Of a DNA stretch of 30,011 nt, positions 1-8,276 are shown piece after piece. Both the position numbers and the translations under genes were made by a program. Source of the stretch: Thermoanaerobaculia bacterium (lineage in GTDB: Bacteria > Acidobacteriota > Thermoanaerobaculia > UBA5066); NCBI GenBank assembly GCA_038245905.1, contig JBBRRY010000038.1:1-30011 (forward strand). The letters run 5' to 3'. Within the stretch, counting starts at the first letter, position 1, and each line of letters starts with the position of its first letter. Under the pieces are notes generated by a model. It had not been told where the DNA came from, did not search any database, and saw only the letters and a list, made by a program, of their open reading frames with translations.

Positions 1-1682
1 CCACCCAGGTACGAGCCGAAGCCTGGGCCGATCGACGTGATCGTAGGACAGCTGTAGTACTTGAAGCACGCCGGACACGACGCCGTCTTCCCCGTCGACG
101 GGTTCAGAATCACGATGTCGACGAGCTGATTCGCGAGACAGACGTTTGCGCCTGCGGCGACGGGCGTCTTGAAGACGATCGTGTTCAGCGAGATGCTGGA
201 AGCCTCGGCCTCGACGCGCTGCGCTCCGCACGTCAAGAAGACCTGCATCGGGAACTGGAAGCCCGTGCCGAAAATCGAGACCCGCGTCGAAGCATCATTC
301 GGGCCGGTGCGAGGCGAGACGGAGTAGATAACCGGATCGAGGGCCTTCGCCGTGTAGGCGAAGCCGCTCACGACGCGCGCGCAGCGCTGAACCGGGCTGC
401 CGAGATCGGTCACGGTGACGTCGACGGTCTCGGGTACGTCCGGGCTCGCGAGCGTCCGCCGCGGCGTCGACACGGCAATCGTGGTGTTCGAGATGCTCCC
501 GACGATCGTCGCCGGGATGCCGCCGAAATCGACGCGCAGGAGCGATCCGTTCGAGCCGAATCCGCCGCCCGTGATCACGAGGGCCGTCCCGCCGTCGGGC
601 CCGCCGCTGTTCGGCGAGATGCTGGAGATGAAGAAGCTCGGGTCCGTATTGCAGACCGAGTTTCCACCCGTTCCGCTGTATGTGAACGGCTTCGGCGCGA
701 TGGCGGTCTGCTGGGAAACGAGGCCGATGTCCCGCGTCACGATGACGTCGCACGCTTCGGACACCGCCGGGTTCGCCAGGATATGCGTCGGCGTCGAGAC
801 GGTGATTTGCTGATCCTGCTGCGCGACAATCTGCGCGGAGCGGCCGCAGAAGGTGACCTGGGTCGTGGCGAAGTTGTTACCGAAGTTCCGCCCGAGGATC
901 TGGACGAGGTCGCCGCCCGCGGGAGAACCCGCCGTCGGCGTGATCGACGAGATGGACATCTTCTGCTCGATCGGGATGCAGGCGTATGTGAACAGGATCG
1001 ACGCGGGCTGCGAGGACACACCGTTCACGACCACGACGACCGGCACCGACTCCGGAACCGCCGAGTTCTTCAGGGTACGAGCAGGCGTCAGGACCTTGAT
1101 TTGCGTGTTCCCGCTCGTCGTGACCGAACCTTCGATTCCGCCGAAGAAGACCCGGACGCCCGTGCCGTTGCCTAAGCGCACGCCATTGATCGTCACCGTG
1201 TCGCCGCCCGCGCACGAGCCGCTCGTCGGCAGATACGACGTGATGACGGGACCCGAGTCCGGAACGCCCTGGAACTGAAGGTCTTTCTGCGCACGCGCGC
1301 AGTCGTATACCGCGGTCACCCGCGCCGTTCCGGAGTTCAGCGAGGTGACCGTCACGTCCGCAACACCGCCGACCGTCGTCTTCGAGATTGTCTGGAGGCC
1401 GTTTTCCGCGAAAAAGCTGAGCGTCGTCGTGAACTGGACGGACCCGCCGTCGGCTACGGGCACGCCGGCCTTCGTGACCGTCGCGCGCACAATCGAGCCG
1501 GAGCCGACAAACGGGCTATCCGCCGTGGCCGTCAGCGAGATGAGGGTCGTGCACGAGCCGGGCGGGACGCCGCCGGGCGGGGTCGCAACACCGGGCGCGG
1601 TCGGCGTTTCGCCGGAGCAGCCGCTCAGGAGAGCGGCAAGGCCCGCGATCAACGCGGCGTTCGGAATCTGAAAACGTCGCAT
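1..1682 (-). CDS. Cys-rich lipoprotein with an N-terminal Ig-like (Big_1-like) domain and tandem IPT/TIG repeats; 3' end truncated by the window edge
   Basis: Hand translation from ATG 1682 is open to the window edge (560 codons). Starts MRRFQIPNAALIAGLAALLSG-C (lipobox LSGC, C22), with SD GAGGTG upstream. IPT-type starts recur about every 100 aa: PVITSYLPTSGSCAGGDTVTING (aa145), ISSITPTAGSPAGGDLVQILGRNFG (~243), ISSISPNSGGPDGGTALVITGGGFG (~352), PVIYSVSPRTGPNDASTRVSIFGTGF (450), PTITSIGPGFGSYLGG (546). Absent from the ORF track because no stop lies in the window. Confidence 0.9.
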   Translation of the reverse strand, partial: MRRFQIPNAALIAGLAALLSGCSGETPTAPGVATPPGGVPPGSCTTLISLTATADSPFVGSGSIVRATVTKAGVPVADGGSVQFTTTLSFFAENGLQTISKTTVGGVADVTVTSLNSGTARVTAVYDCARAQKDLQFQGVPDSGPVITSYLPTSGSCAGGDTVTINGVRLGNGTGVRVFFGGIEGSVTTSGNTQIKVLTPARTLKNSAVPESVPVVVVVNGVSSQPASILFTYACIPIEQKMSISSITPTAGSPAGGDLVQILGRNFGNNFATTQVTFCGRSAQIVAQQDQQITVSTPTHILANPAVSEACDVIVTRDIGLVSQQTAIAPKPFTYSGTGGNSVCNTDPSFFISSISPNSGGPDGGTALVITGGGFGSNGSLLRVDFGGIPATIVGSISNTTIAVSTPRRTLASPDVPETVDVTVTDLGSPVQRCARVVSGFAYTAKALDPVIYSVSPRTGPNDASTRVSIFGTGFQFPMQVFLTCGAQRVEAEASSISLNTIVFKTPVAAGANVCLANQLVDIVILNPSTGKTASCPACFKYYSCPTITSIGPGFGSYLG

Positions 1683-1695
1683 GGAAGTCACCTCG

Positions 1696-2289
1696 TCACT
1701 GGACACGCTTCAGCTCGATGCGTCCAGCGGTCGGAACGTAAATAAAGTCCAGGCCGAAGGTCGCCACATCGGACACCACAGGCTGCCCGGACAGCGTGTG
1801 GCCGTACCAAGTGACACGCCCCACCTGGCGGATTTGGGAGCGCCCGGTCTCCTTGTCGATTCCCCCGTTGAAGGGGAAGAGCTGGTCCAGGGGTGGGCGG
1901 ATGAGGCCATCCCGCGACATGTACGGGTAATTCGTCAGCGTCGAGGATCCGTTCGCCGGCACGATGATATTGCCGGGGAAGTCCTCCTGAGGCGAGGCCT
2001 TCGTCCCGCCGTCCAGCCGGCTCCAGACGACCGTGTATTTGTCGATCTGAACGTCGAGGAACTGCAGCGACGTTACGTTCGGGTTTTTGAGACGGCACGT
2101 GAGAATAGTCGTCGCGAACTGGACGGGTACGTTCGAGGCCACGTCGATCGTGAGAGGCAAGAGCTGGAAGTTACCCACGAGAAACACCGGGGTGGCGCTG
2201 TCGCCCTGAACGTTCGTGGAGCAGCCCGGGAGCGCAGAGAGGGCCAGCGCCGCGACGGCCACCAGGACGGAAAGAGAGTGTTTTTTCAT
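1696..2289 (-). CDS. Uncharacterised lipoprotein (197 aa, beta-rich) downstream of pilQ
   Basis: MKKHSLSVLVAVAALALSALPG-C lipobox (C23). SD GAGGTG 7 nt before ATG 2289. 10 nt from the pilQ stop and 13 nt from the next start. Confidence 0.85.
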   Translation of the reverse strand: MKKHSLSVLVAVAALALSALPGCSTNVQGDSATPVFLVGNFQLLPLTIDVASNVPVQFATTILTCRLKNPNVTSLQFLDVQIDKYTVVWSRLDGGTKASPQEDFPGNIIVPANGSSTLTNYPYMSRDGLIRPPLDQLFPFNGGIDKETGRSQIRQVGRVTWYGHTLSGQPVVSDVATFGLDFIYVPTAGRIELKRVQ

Positions 2290-2299
2290 CGTTCGCACC

Positions 2300-5038
2300 T
2301 CAGCGAATGATCCGCGGCGTGATGAAGATCATCAGCTCGTCCGTGCTCTCGGTTTGCGTACGGCTCCGGAATAGATTGCCGAGGATCGGGATCTTCCAGA
2401 GGCCCGGAATCATCGACTGGCCGTCGTTCGTCGTGATCTTGAAAATACCGCCGATCACGGCCGTGCCGCCGTCGCGCACCATGAGCCGCGTCTTGGCGTC
2501 CCGCGTCGTGAGCGGGATGTTCTGGCCCCCCGCGATGTTGATGCCGACGGCCGGCTCGCGCTTCTGGATCGTGACGTCCATGATGACCGTGCCTTCATTC
2601 GTGATCTGCGGGGTGACGTCCAGACGGAGCGTCGCGTTGATGTAAAGGACCGAGGTCGTGTTGTTAACGGTCGTCTGGACCGGGATCTGGAATCCCGACT
2701 GGATCGACGCCAGCTCACCGGTTTGCGTCTGGACCTTCGGAGTGGACACGACCTTGACGAGGCCGCGGGACTCCGCGGCATGAATCGCCGCGTCGAGCGC
2801 GAACGTGTTGAGCACGTTCGCAAGGCTCAGCTTCAGGACCTGCGAGGCGCCGCTCGGAAGCGAGATGTTCCCAGCGACCGATCCCGAGTTCGGGAACACG
2901 AGGCCGGTCGTGTTGCCGTGAGAGGCATCGGCGACCCCGTTGAAGCCCCACACGATTCCAATCTCATTCGAGAACGTGCGGTTTGCCTCGATGATCCGGG
3001 CCTCGATCATGACCTGCGGGCTCGCGATGTCGAGGTTCTTGATGAGGTCGAGGACGGTCGGGAGGTAGTCCGGGAGCTCCTTGATGACGAGCGTATTCGA
3101 GCGCGTGTCGATGAAGATGTCGCCGCGCGCCGACATGACCCTGCGCGCCGTGGCCGCCATCTCCTGGGCGTTTCCGTAGGAGATTTTCTGGAGCACGGTC
3201 CGGAGCGGGCGGTTCTTGTCCTGCGCCAGGATGAACTGGAGCCGCGAGTTCTCCTCCTGAGTCAGCTTGCTCGTGGAGGCGATACGCATGATGTTTCCCT
3301 CGAGCACGTAGCCGAGCTGGTTGATCTTGAGGATCAACTCGAGGGCCTGGTCCCAGGGAATGTCCTGCAGGCTGACGGTGACCGTTCCGCGGACGTCCGG
3401 GTCGAGCACGATGTTGAGCTGCGTCAGCTCGCTGAACCGCTGCAGCGTGTCCTTGATATCCGCGTCCTTGAGATTCAGCGTGATCGGCTCGCCCGTATAT
3501 TGCTTGTCCCCGGAGCCAAGCGTGCGGGCCTCGTAAGGATTCGCGATTTCGCGGGGACGCGAGGAGCCGTCCTGCTGGACGAGAAGCGCTTCGGCCGCCT
3601 CGATCAGGGCCTTGTCCTCCGCCGTCGGCACCTTCTTGCGGCGCGGTCCGACCGCGGCGGCGGTCTTGACGGGGGAAGCGGCGGGGGACAGGAGCGGAGC
3701 CTTGACCTCGCGGAATTCGGGCGAGGCCTGCGCCAGGCGCGGCGCATCGGAGAGAGGAGACGGAGAGGGAGCGGGCGGCGCCACCGGAGACACCGGAGAC
3801 ACCGGAGACACCGGAGAGGTCGTCACGTCGAGCGCATGCCCTTCGCGCACAACGGGCTCCTTCGGCTCGTCGACTTCATGCTTCTCGTAGGATCCCGCGG
3901 CCGGCACCGCCGAAGCGACCACGACCATCTCGGGCGCCGCTCGCACGGGCGCGGGCCTCGCTTCAACGGGCTTTTCGGGGGGACTCCCGGCGGACTTCAC
4001 GGCGACCACGGACGGCGGAGCCAAAGACGGAGCCGATGGTCTTGCCGCGAGGGTCGACGCGCTTCCGAAGGAGAGAGCAAGCGCCGAGGCCGAGCTCTTC
4101 GCCGCGGGCTCCGTGGGAGCCGGGAGGTCGAAAACGACACGCGTGACGGGCTCGCGTCCGCCCTTGAACTGAGAGACCCGCACCCGGTTCACGGCTGCAT
4201 GCCGGACGTCCTGCGACTTCTTCGCGGTCGCGAGGAGCACGCCCGGGAGATCCACAACATAGCGCGGCGGATTCTCGAGCGTGAAAGTCTCGTAAGTGAA
4301 GCTGCCGTTGCCCGCGAGCGTCGCGACGAGCTTGCCGTCGATCGTCTGCACGCCGACCGCGGACAGGCGAGTCGCCGCGCGACCGAGGGCGGCGTGCCGG
4401 ACGGGCACAGGCGCGGCGCCCGCCACAGCCATGGGCGCTGCAGGCACTGGAGGCACGGGCACTTCCTCGACTCTCACGGCCGGTTCCAGCGTGGTCGCTT
4501 CCACGGCCCGGGCGGGTTCCGGAGGCAACGTCGAGGCAGAGGCGAGCAGCGCGGCGGGCGCGAGGCTCGTCGTCGCGGCCGGCGCAGGTCGTCCAAGCGT
4601 GATCGCCATCGCGGGCGAACCGGAATCGGAGGTGATGGTGGGCTCGATCGGCGCACGTCCCGTGAGCTCGAATTGGATGTGCGGCTTGCCCATCTCCGTG
4701 AACGACCTCATGTCGAGGCGCGACAGGATCACGCCGTCCGCGCGCGGGGGTTCGAGTCCCGGCGACATCACGGCGTTCGCGACGTCGATGACGACCTTCA
4801 TCGAACCTTCGCGGTTGTAAAGGGTGGGTGCCAGAGGACCGTTGCCGGTGAGGAGAAGCCGCGGCGTCTCTCCGTCGGTAAGGAGCGTGGCTCCGGTAAG
4901 CGTTGCGGGCGCCGCTCCGGCCGCGGACGGGTCCCCCGCGACGACCCGGTCCGTATGCGAAGCGCAGCCGCCCAGCACGGGAACGATCAGCGCGAGCGCC
5001 GCAAAACGGGACGCGACTCCCCTTCGGTTTCGCCGCAT
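2300..5038 (-). CDS. pilQ: Type IV pilus secretin PilQ (two AMIN-like domains, long Pro/Ala linker, N0/N1 and secretin domains), with a predicted lipoprotein signal
   Basis: YTGEPITLNLKDADIKD..., IPWDQALELIL, PQVMIEARIIEA, KIPILGNLFR...ELMIFITPRII; AMIN motif FTLENPPRYVVDLPG. Start placed at ATG 5038 (GGAGG upstream; MRRNRR...VLGG-C). Alternative starts are 5110 (ATG) and 5128 (GTG overlapping the pilP stop). Confidence 0.95.
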   Translation of the reverse strand: MRRNRRGVASRFAALALIVPVLGGCASHTDRVVAGDPSAAGAAPATLTGATLLTDGETPRLLLTGNGPLAPTLYNREGSMKVVIDVANAVMSPGLEPPRADGVILSRLDMRSFTEMGKPHIQFELTGRAPIEPTITSDSGSPAMAITLGRPAPAATTSLAPAALLASASTLPPEPARAVEATTLEPAVRVEEVPVPPVPAAPMAVAGAAPVPVRHAALGRAATRLSAVGVQTIDGKLVATLAGNGSFTYETFTLENPPRYVVDLPGVLLATAKKSQDVRHAAVNRVRVSQFKGGREPVTRVVFDLPAPTEPAAKSSASALALSFGSASTLAARPSAPSLAPPSVVAVKSAGSPPEKPVEARPAPVRAAPEMVVVASAVPAAGSYEKHEVDEPKEPVVREGHALDVTTSPVSPVSPVSPVAPPAPSPSPLSDAPRLAQASPEFREVKAPLLSPAASPVKTAAAVGPRRKKVPTAEDKALIEAAEALLVQQDGSSRPREIANPYEARTLGSGDKQYTGEPITLNLKDADIKDTLQRFSELTQLNIVLDPDVRGTVTVSLQDIPWDQALELILKINQLGYVLEGNIMRIASTSKLTQEENSRLQFILAQDKNRPLRTVLQKISYGNAQEMAATARRVMSARGDIFIDTRSNTLVIKELPDYLPTVLDLIKNLDIASPQVMIEARIIEANRTFSNEIGIVWGFNGVADASHGNTTGLVFPNSGSVAGNISLPSGASQVLKLSLANVLNTFALDAAIHAAESRGLVKVVSTPKVQTQTGELASIQSGFQIPVQTTVNNTTSVLYINATLRLDVTPQITNEGTVIMDVTIQKREPAVGINIAGGQNIPLTTRDAKTRLMVRDGGTAVIGGIFKITTNDGQSMIPGLWKIPILGNLFRSRTQTESTDELMIFITPRIIR
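3782..3817. repeat. Perfect 9-bp tandem repeat (CACCGGAGA)x4 encoding (SPV)x4 in the PilQ linker
   Basis: Read directly at 3782-3817; translates as SPVSPVSPVSPV on the minus strand. Confidence 0.95.
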
Positions 5039-5124
5039 GCTTCCTCCCCCGGACGACACGAGATCTCCCGTGCCCTTCGAGTTCCTCGAGCCCATCAGCA
5101 TCGTCGTCATGGACTTCCCTTCGG

Positions 5125-5643
5125 TCACGACTTCTTCCCGAGCGTGAGCGCCTTGACCACTTCACGGAACGGCTTCGGATTCGTCGGATCGTTCACGTTC
5201 TGCCGGAATGTCACTTCCGTCGCCGACACTTCGACAACCTCGCCGTCAAAGAGCGTGGCGCCCTTACGGATCAGGTGCGACTTGTTATCCGGGCCCCGCA
5301 TCATCGCGACCCAGCCCTGCTTGACTTTGATCGTTCCCTGCAATTCGAGCTCGTCCACCATGACCCCTGCCAGGCCCGGCGGGCGCACGCGGTCCTTCTC
5401 GGACGGGTTGCGCACGAGAAGCGAGCGGAAGGGATCGCGCCGGCCCCCGACTTCGTACGTGTAGACGGAGGGAATGAAATCCTGCTCGGTCACCTTACCC
5501 GGCGCGCTCGAAACCCCCGGGGCTTCGGCCGGAGCCGGCGTCGCGGAAGCCTCGGGAGGCGCCTGGGCGAACGAGATCGCGGCCACGCTCAGAAAGAGCA
5601 GGGCGACGGAGGCGGGAGCGGCGAGGAAACGGCGAATTCTCAT
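5125..5643 (-). CDS. pilP: Type IV pilus alignment protein PilP
   Basis: YTYEVGGRRDPF motif and C-terminal beta domain; lies between pilO and pilQ. ATG 5643 overlaps the pilO stop (TGATG). Confidence 0.85.
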   Translation of the reverse strand: MRIRRFLAAPASVALLFLSVAAISFAQAPPEASATPAPAEAPGVSSAPGKVTEQDFIPSVYTYEVGGRRDPFRSLLVRNPSEKDRVRPPGLAGVMVDELELQGTIKVKQGWVAMMRGPDNKSHLIRKGATLFDGEVVEVSATEVTFRQNVNDPTNPKPFREVVKALTLGKKS

Positions 5644-6308
5644 CACTCCAACGAATCCTTTTTCCCCGGAGCCCCGGCAGGCTTCTTCGGCGCGGCGGGC
5701 GCGGCGGTTACGGCGGGCTCGGCCGCGGCGGCGTCTCCGAGGTAGATGAAGGTCTTCATCGTGAAATTCGCGCCGAGCGTGCGTCCGCCGGTCGCGTCGG
5801 GATAACCGACCATCGAGAGATCCTCGATGTTGATGATCCGCGAGAAACGCGCCACCTTCTCGAAGAAGAGGGCGAGGTTATGGTACGTCCCGTCGACCTG
5901 GAGGTCGATCGGCCACTCCGCGTAGAAGTCCTTGTTGATGTACTCCTTCGGAGCCCACTTCTTGAGGAAGAACTCGCCCTGCCCGGCCAGCGCCTGGATC
6001 TTCTTGATGAGCTCCTCGGCGTTGCGCGCGGTGGGCAGGATCTGGAGGAGCCGCTGCAGGTCGAGCTCGGTCCGGCGGACCTCCTCGCGCAGCTGAGGCA
6101 GGCGGCGTTCGGCCGCCCGGCCCTGGGTGATCTTCGAATTGAGCTGTTCGAGCTCGTTCTTCTTGTTCTCCAGAGTCTGCTTCATCTCGCTGAAGTTCGG
6201 GAGCTGATAGTAGGCGGCAGCATAGAGCGCGATCGCGACCGCGAGGCCGATGCCGAGCCCGTAATACCAGGGCTTTCCTTCAAGCTGCTTGAGGTCGAGC
6301 GACGCCAT
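5643..6308 (-). CDS. pilO: Type IV pilus protein PilO
   Basis: N-terminal TM, coiled coil, LLQILP, FYAEWPIDLQVDGTYHNLALFFEKVARFSRIINI. ATG 6308 with SD AGGGGAG. Confidence 0.92.
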   Translation of the reverse strand: MASLDLKQLEGKPWYYGLGIGLAVAIALYAAAYYQLPNFSEMKQTLENKKNELEQLNSKITQGRAAERRLPQLREEVRRTELDLQRLLQILPTARNAEELIKKIQALAGQGEFFLKKWAPKEYINKDFYAEWPIDLQVDGTYHNLALFFEKVARFSRIINIEDLSMVGYPDATGGRTLGANFTMKTFIYLGDAAAAEPAVTAAPAAPKKPAGAPGKKDSLE

Positions 6309-6318
6309 GGCTCTCCCC

Positions 6319-7002
6319 CTACATCCCCGCCACGACCGCCGGAGCGGCGAGGGCGGACAGAGCTGCGGGTCTTCCGGCATCGGCCTTCTTCGGCACTTCC
6401 GGAGGCTTCAGCGCTCCCGCTTCCGGCTGCGTGCGGTCGATGTTCGAAAATACAAAGTTCGTCTTGAAGCAGTAAAGCGCGGCGCCCGAGGAGCCGCTGC
6501 ACGCCGAGAATTCGACCTTTGGCTCCTGGAACGAGGGCACGAGCCTGAGGTTGGCGACGAAGTTCGCCACCGCCGGCGGATTGAAGGCCTTTCCGTCGAT
6601 CGAGATCGCGTTCCCGCGGTAATCCATTCGCTCGATCCAGACGAGGTCCGGGAGCGCCTTCGAGACTTCGTCCATGAGCCGGACCGGGCCGCGCTGATTC
6701 TGCTTGAGCTGGTTGATCAGGTCGACCTTCCGCTGGACGCGGGCCTTCTTGGCCTCGTAGTCCTTCACTTCCTTGAGTACGGCCTCGAGACGTGCCACCT
6801 CGACCTGGGCGATCCGGATCTTCTCCTCCTGGGCTTTGATCTGCGAGCGAAGAACCCAGTAGTGGACGATCCCGATGAGAATGGCGAGGCCGATCGCGCC
6901 CCCCATGAGGAGGGTATTGAGGCGCCCGGCGCCGCCCAGCGCGGAGACGCCCTTCTTCTTGCGTTGCGGACGGGCTTCGGAGAGGAGGTTGATGCGAATC
7001 AT
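6319..7002 (-). CDS. pilN: Type IV pilus protein PilN
   Basis: MIRINLL (INLL PilM-binding motif), TM, coiled coil, LPDLVWI. ATG 7002 with SD GGGGAG. Confidence 0.93.
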   Translation of the reverse strand: MIRINLLSEARPQRKKKGVSALGGAGRLNTLLMGGAIGLAILIGIVHYWVLRSQIKAQEEKIRIAQVEVARLEAVLKEVKDYEAKKARVQRKVDLINQLKQNQRGPVRLMDEVSKALPDLVWIERMDYRGNAISIDGKAFNPPAVANFVANLRLVPSFQEPKVEFSACSGSSGAALYCFKTNFVFSNIDRTQPEAGALKPPEVPKKADAGRPAALSALAAPAVVAGM

Positions 7003-7006
7003 GCCG

Positions 7007-8062
7007 CTACTCCCCGATCTTCCGGACGCCGAGACCAACGGCGATCGCGAGCGACGGTGCCGCTTCGGAGAGCCACGCGGCGTCGACCGCGCGATCGTCG
7101 GTGAAGATCGACCGGAAGGGGTTGATGACCTCGACGGGCAGGCCGAACTTGTCCTTCAGGACGTCTTCGAGATGGGCGGCCTTCGCGCCGCCGCCCGAGA
7201 TCATGATCGAGTCGACCCGGTCCGCGCCCGAGGTCGCCTGGAAGAAATCCAGCGTCTTCTGAAGCTCGGCAGCCGCGTCTTCGGCCACGCCCGTGAGAAC
7301 GGGTTGAATCGTCTGGGCGGTCTGCCCCGCGACAGGTTCGCCTCTCTTCAACGACTCGGCCTGCTCGAAGTTGAGCGAATAGGCCTTCTGGAGCGCGTCC
7401 GTGAACTGGTTCCCGCCGAACGTGATGTCGCGCCAGAAGACCGTCTGTCCCTGCGCGAGGATGTTCACGTTCATGACGGAAGCCCCCACGTTCACGAGCG
7501 CCACCACGCGGCCCGGGTCGGCCCCGTAGTTGACCTCGTAGCAGTTCTGGAGCGCGAACGCGTCCACGTCGACGAGAGACGGGCTGCGCCCCGCCTGAGT
7601 GACGACGTTCTTGAAGTCGTCCACCTTCTCCTTCTTCGCGGCCACGAGAAGGACGCCCATGGTCTCGCCGACCGCACCCGGATCGAGCACGACATAGTCG
7701 AGGTAGACGTCGTTGATGTCGAAGGGCACGTACTGCTCGGCTTCCCACCGGATGGACTCGGAGAGCTCCTCCTCCGGCATGGTCGGAAGCATGATCTTCT
7801 TGACGATGACGGAGTGGCCCGACACGGACACCGCCACGTTCGGATTCTTCACGCCCGTGGACGCGAGAAGACGCGAGATCGTCTCGACGACGAGGGAGGA
7901 GTCCATGATCGCCCCGTCGACGATCGCTTCGGGAGAGAGGACCTCCAGCCCCGCTTTCACGAGCCGGAACGTTCCCTCCTTGCCCTCCTTCAACTCGACG
8001 AGCTTCACAGCCGACGAGCCGATGTCGAGGCCGACCAGGTTTTTCGCCTTTCGGAACAGCAC
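7007..8062 (-). CDS. pilM: Type IV pilus assembly protein PilM (actin-like)
   Basis: VGLDIGSSAVKLVEL, EAEQYVPFDI, VLLVAAKKE, ISGGG, AIAVGLG. GTG 8062 preceded by GGAGG; the ORF-track extension to 8221 runs through promoter DNA. Confidence 0.95.
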   Translation of the reverse strand: MLFRKAKNLVGLDIGSSAVKLVELKEGKEGTFRLVKAGLEVLSPEAIVDGAIMDSSLVVETISRLLASTGVKNPNVAVSVSGHSVIVKKIMLPTMPEEELSESIRWEAEQYVPFDINDVYLDYVVLDPGAVGETMGVLLVAAKKEKVDDFKNVVTQAGRSPSLVDVDAFALQNCYEVNYGADPGRVVALVNVGASVMNVNILAQGQTVFWRDITFGGNQFTDALQKAYSLNFEQAESLKRGEPVAGQTAQTIQPVLTGVAEDAAAELQKTLDFFQATSGADRVDSIMISGGGAKAAHLEDVLKDKFGLPVEVINPFRSIFTDDRAVDAAWLSEAAPSLAIAVGLGVRKIGE

Positions 8063-8128
8063 GTTAGGGTTGCCCTCCCTCGACCCGGTCCCCCGGGGGC
8101 TTGACACGAAAAGGGATTGACTCGCCTT

Positions 8129-8158
8129 ATTTTGTCGCCCCCCCACGGAGGGTGTCAA
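8129..8158 (-). promoter_or_regulatory. Putative sigma70 promoter of the pil operon (TTGACA-N18-CAAAAT)
   Basis: Perfect -35 at 8158-8153 and imperfect -10 at 8134-8129, ending about 65 nt upstream of the pilM start. Confidence 0.5.
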
Positions 8159-8182
8159 GTCGTTAGCTCCGCACGATTTCCC

Positions 8183-8219
8183 TTGCTCCTGTGCAACCTT
8201 GTTGGTATAAGTGCGCCCC
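8183..8219 (+). promoter_or_regulatory. Orphan sigma70-like promoter TTGCTC-N17-TATAAG with extended -10 (TGn) and GC-rich discriminator TGCGCCCC
   Basis: -35 at 8183-8188, TG at 8203-8204, -10 at 8206-8211. No plausible plus-strand CDS follows. Confidence 0.5.
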
Positions 8220-8276
8220 ATCCCCTAGGACGAGGGCGCAAGGCGTAGGGGCGAAGCCGCGTTCTCCCCTTGCGGT

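Noticed and set aside
295-1671. Short ORFs listed in the track over 295-1671
   Set aside because: All overlap the real minus-strand IPT lipoprotein (1682 to the edge) in other frames or on the other strand.
2723-5464. 913-aa plus-strand ORF, and similar long ORFs at 8191-10629, 13783-15477, 16708-18978 and 27144-29678
   Set aside because: Antisense shadows of well-supported genes. They are Arg/Gly/His-rich with no family motifs, as expected from high-GC codon bias.
5000-5643. Twin-arginine pairs in the PilQ and PilP signal peptides suggesting Tat export
   Set aside because: Poor match to S/T-R-R-x-F-L-K; Arg-rich n-regions are common in high-GC genomes.
6460-6510. Cys pair in PilN (SACSGSSGAALYCF)
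   Set aside because: Probably a simple hairpin disulfide in a periplasmic domain; nothing supports more.
8186-8222. Possible sigma54 promoter for pilM (TTGCA on the minus strand)
   Set aside because: No GG at the required -24 spacing.
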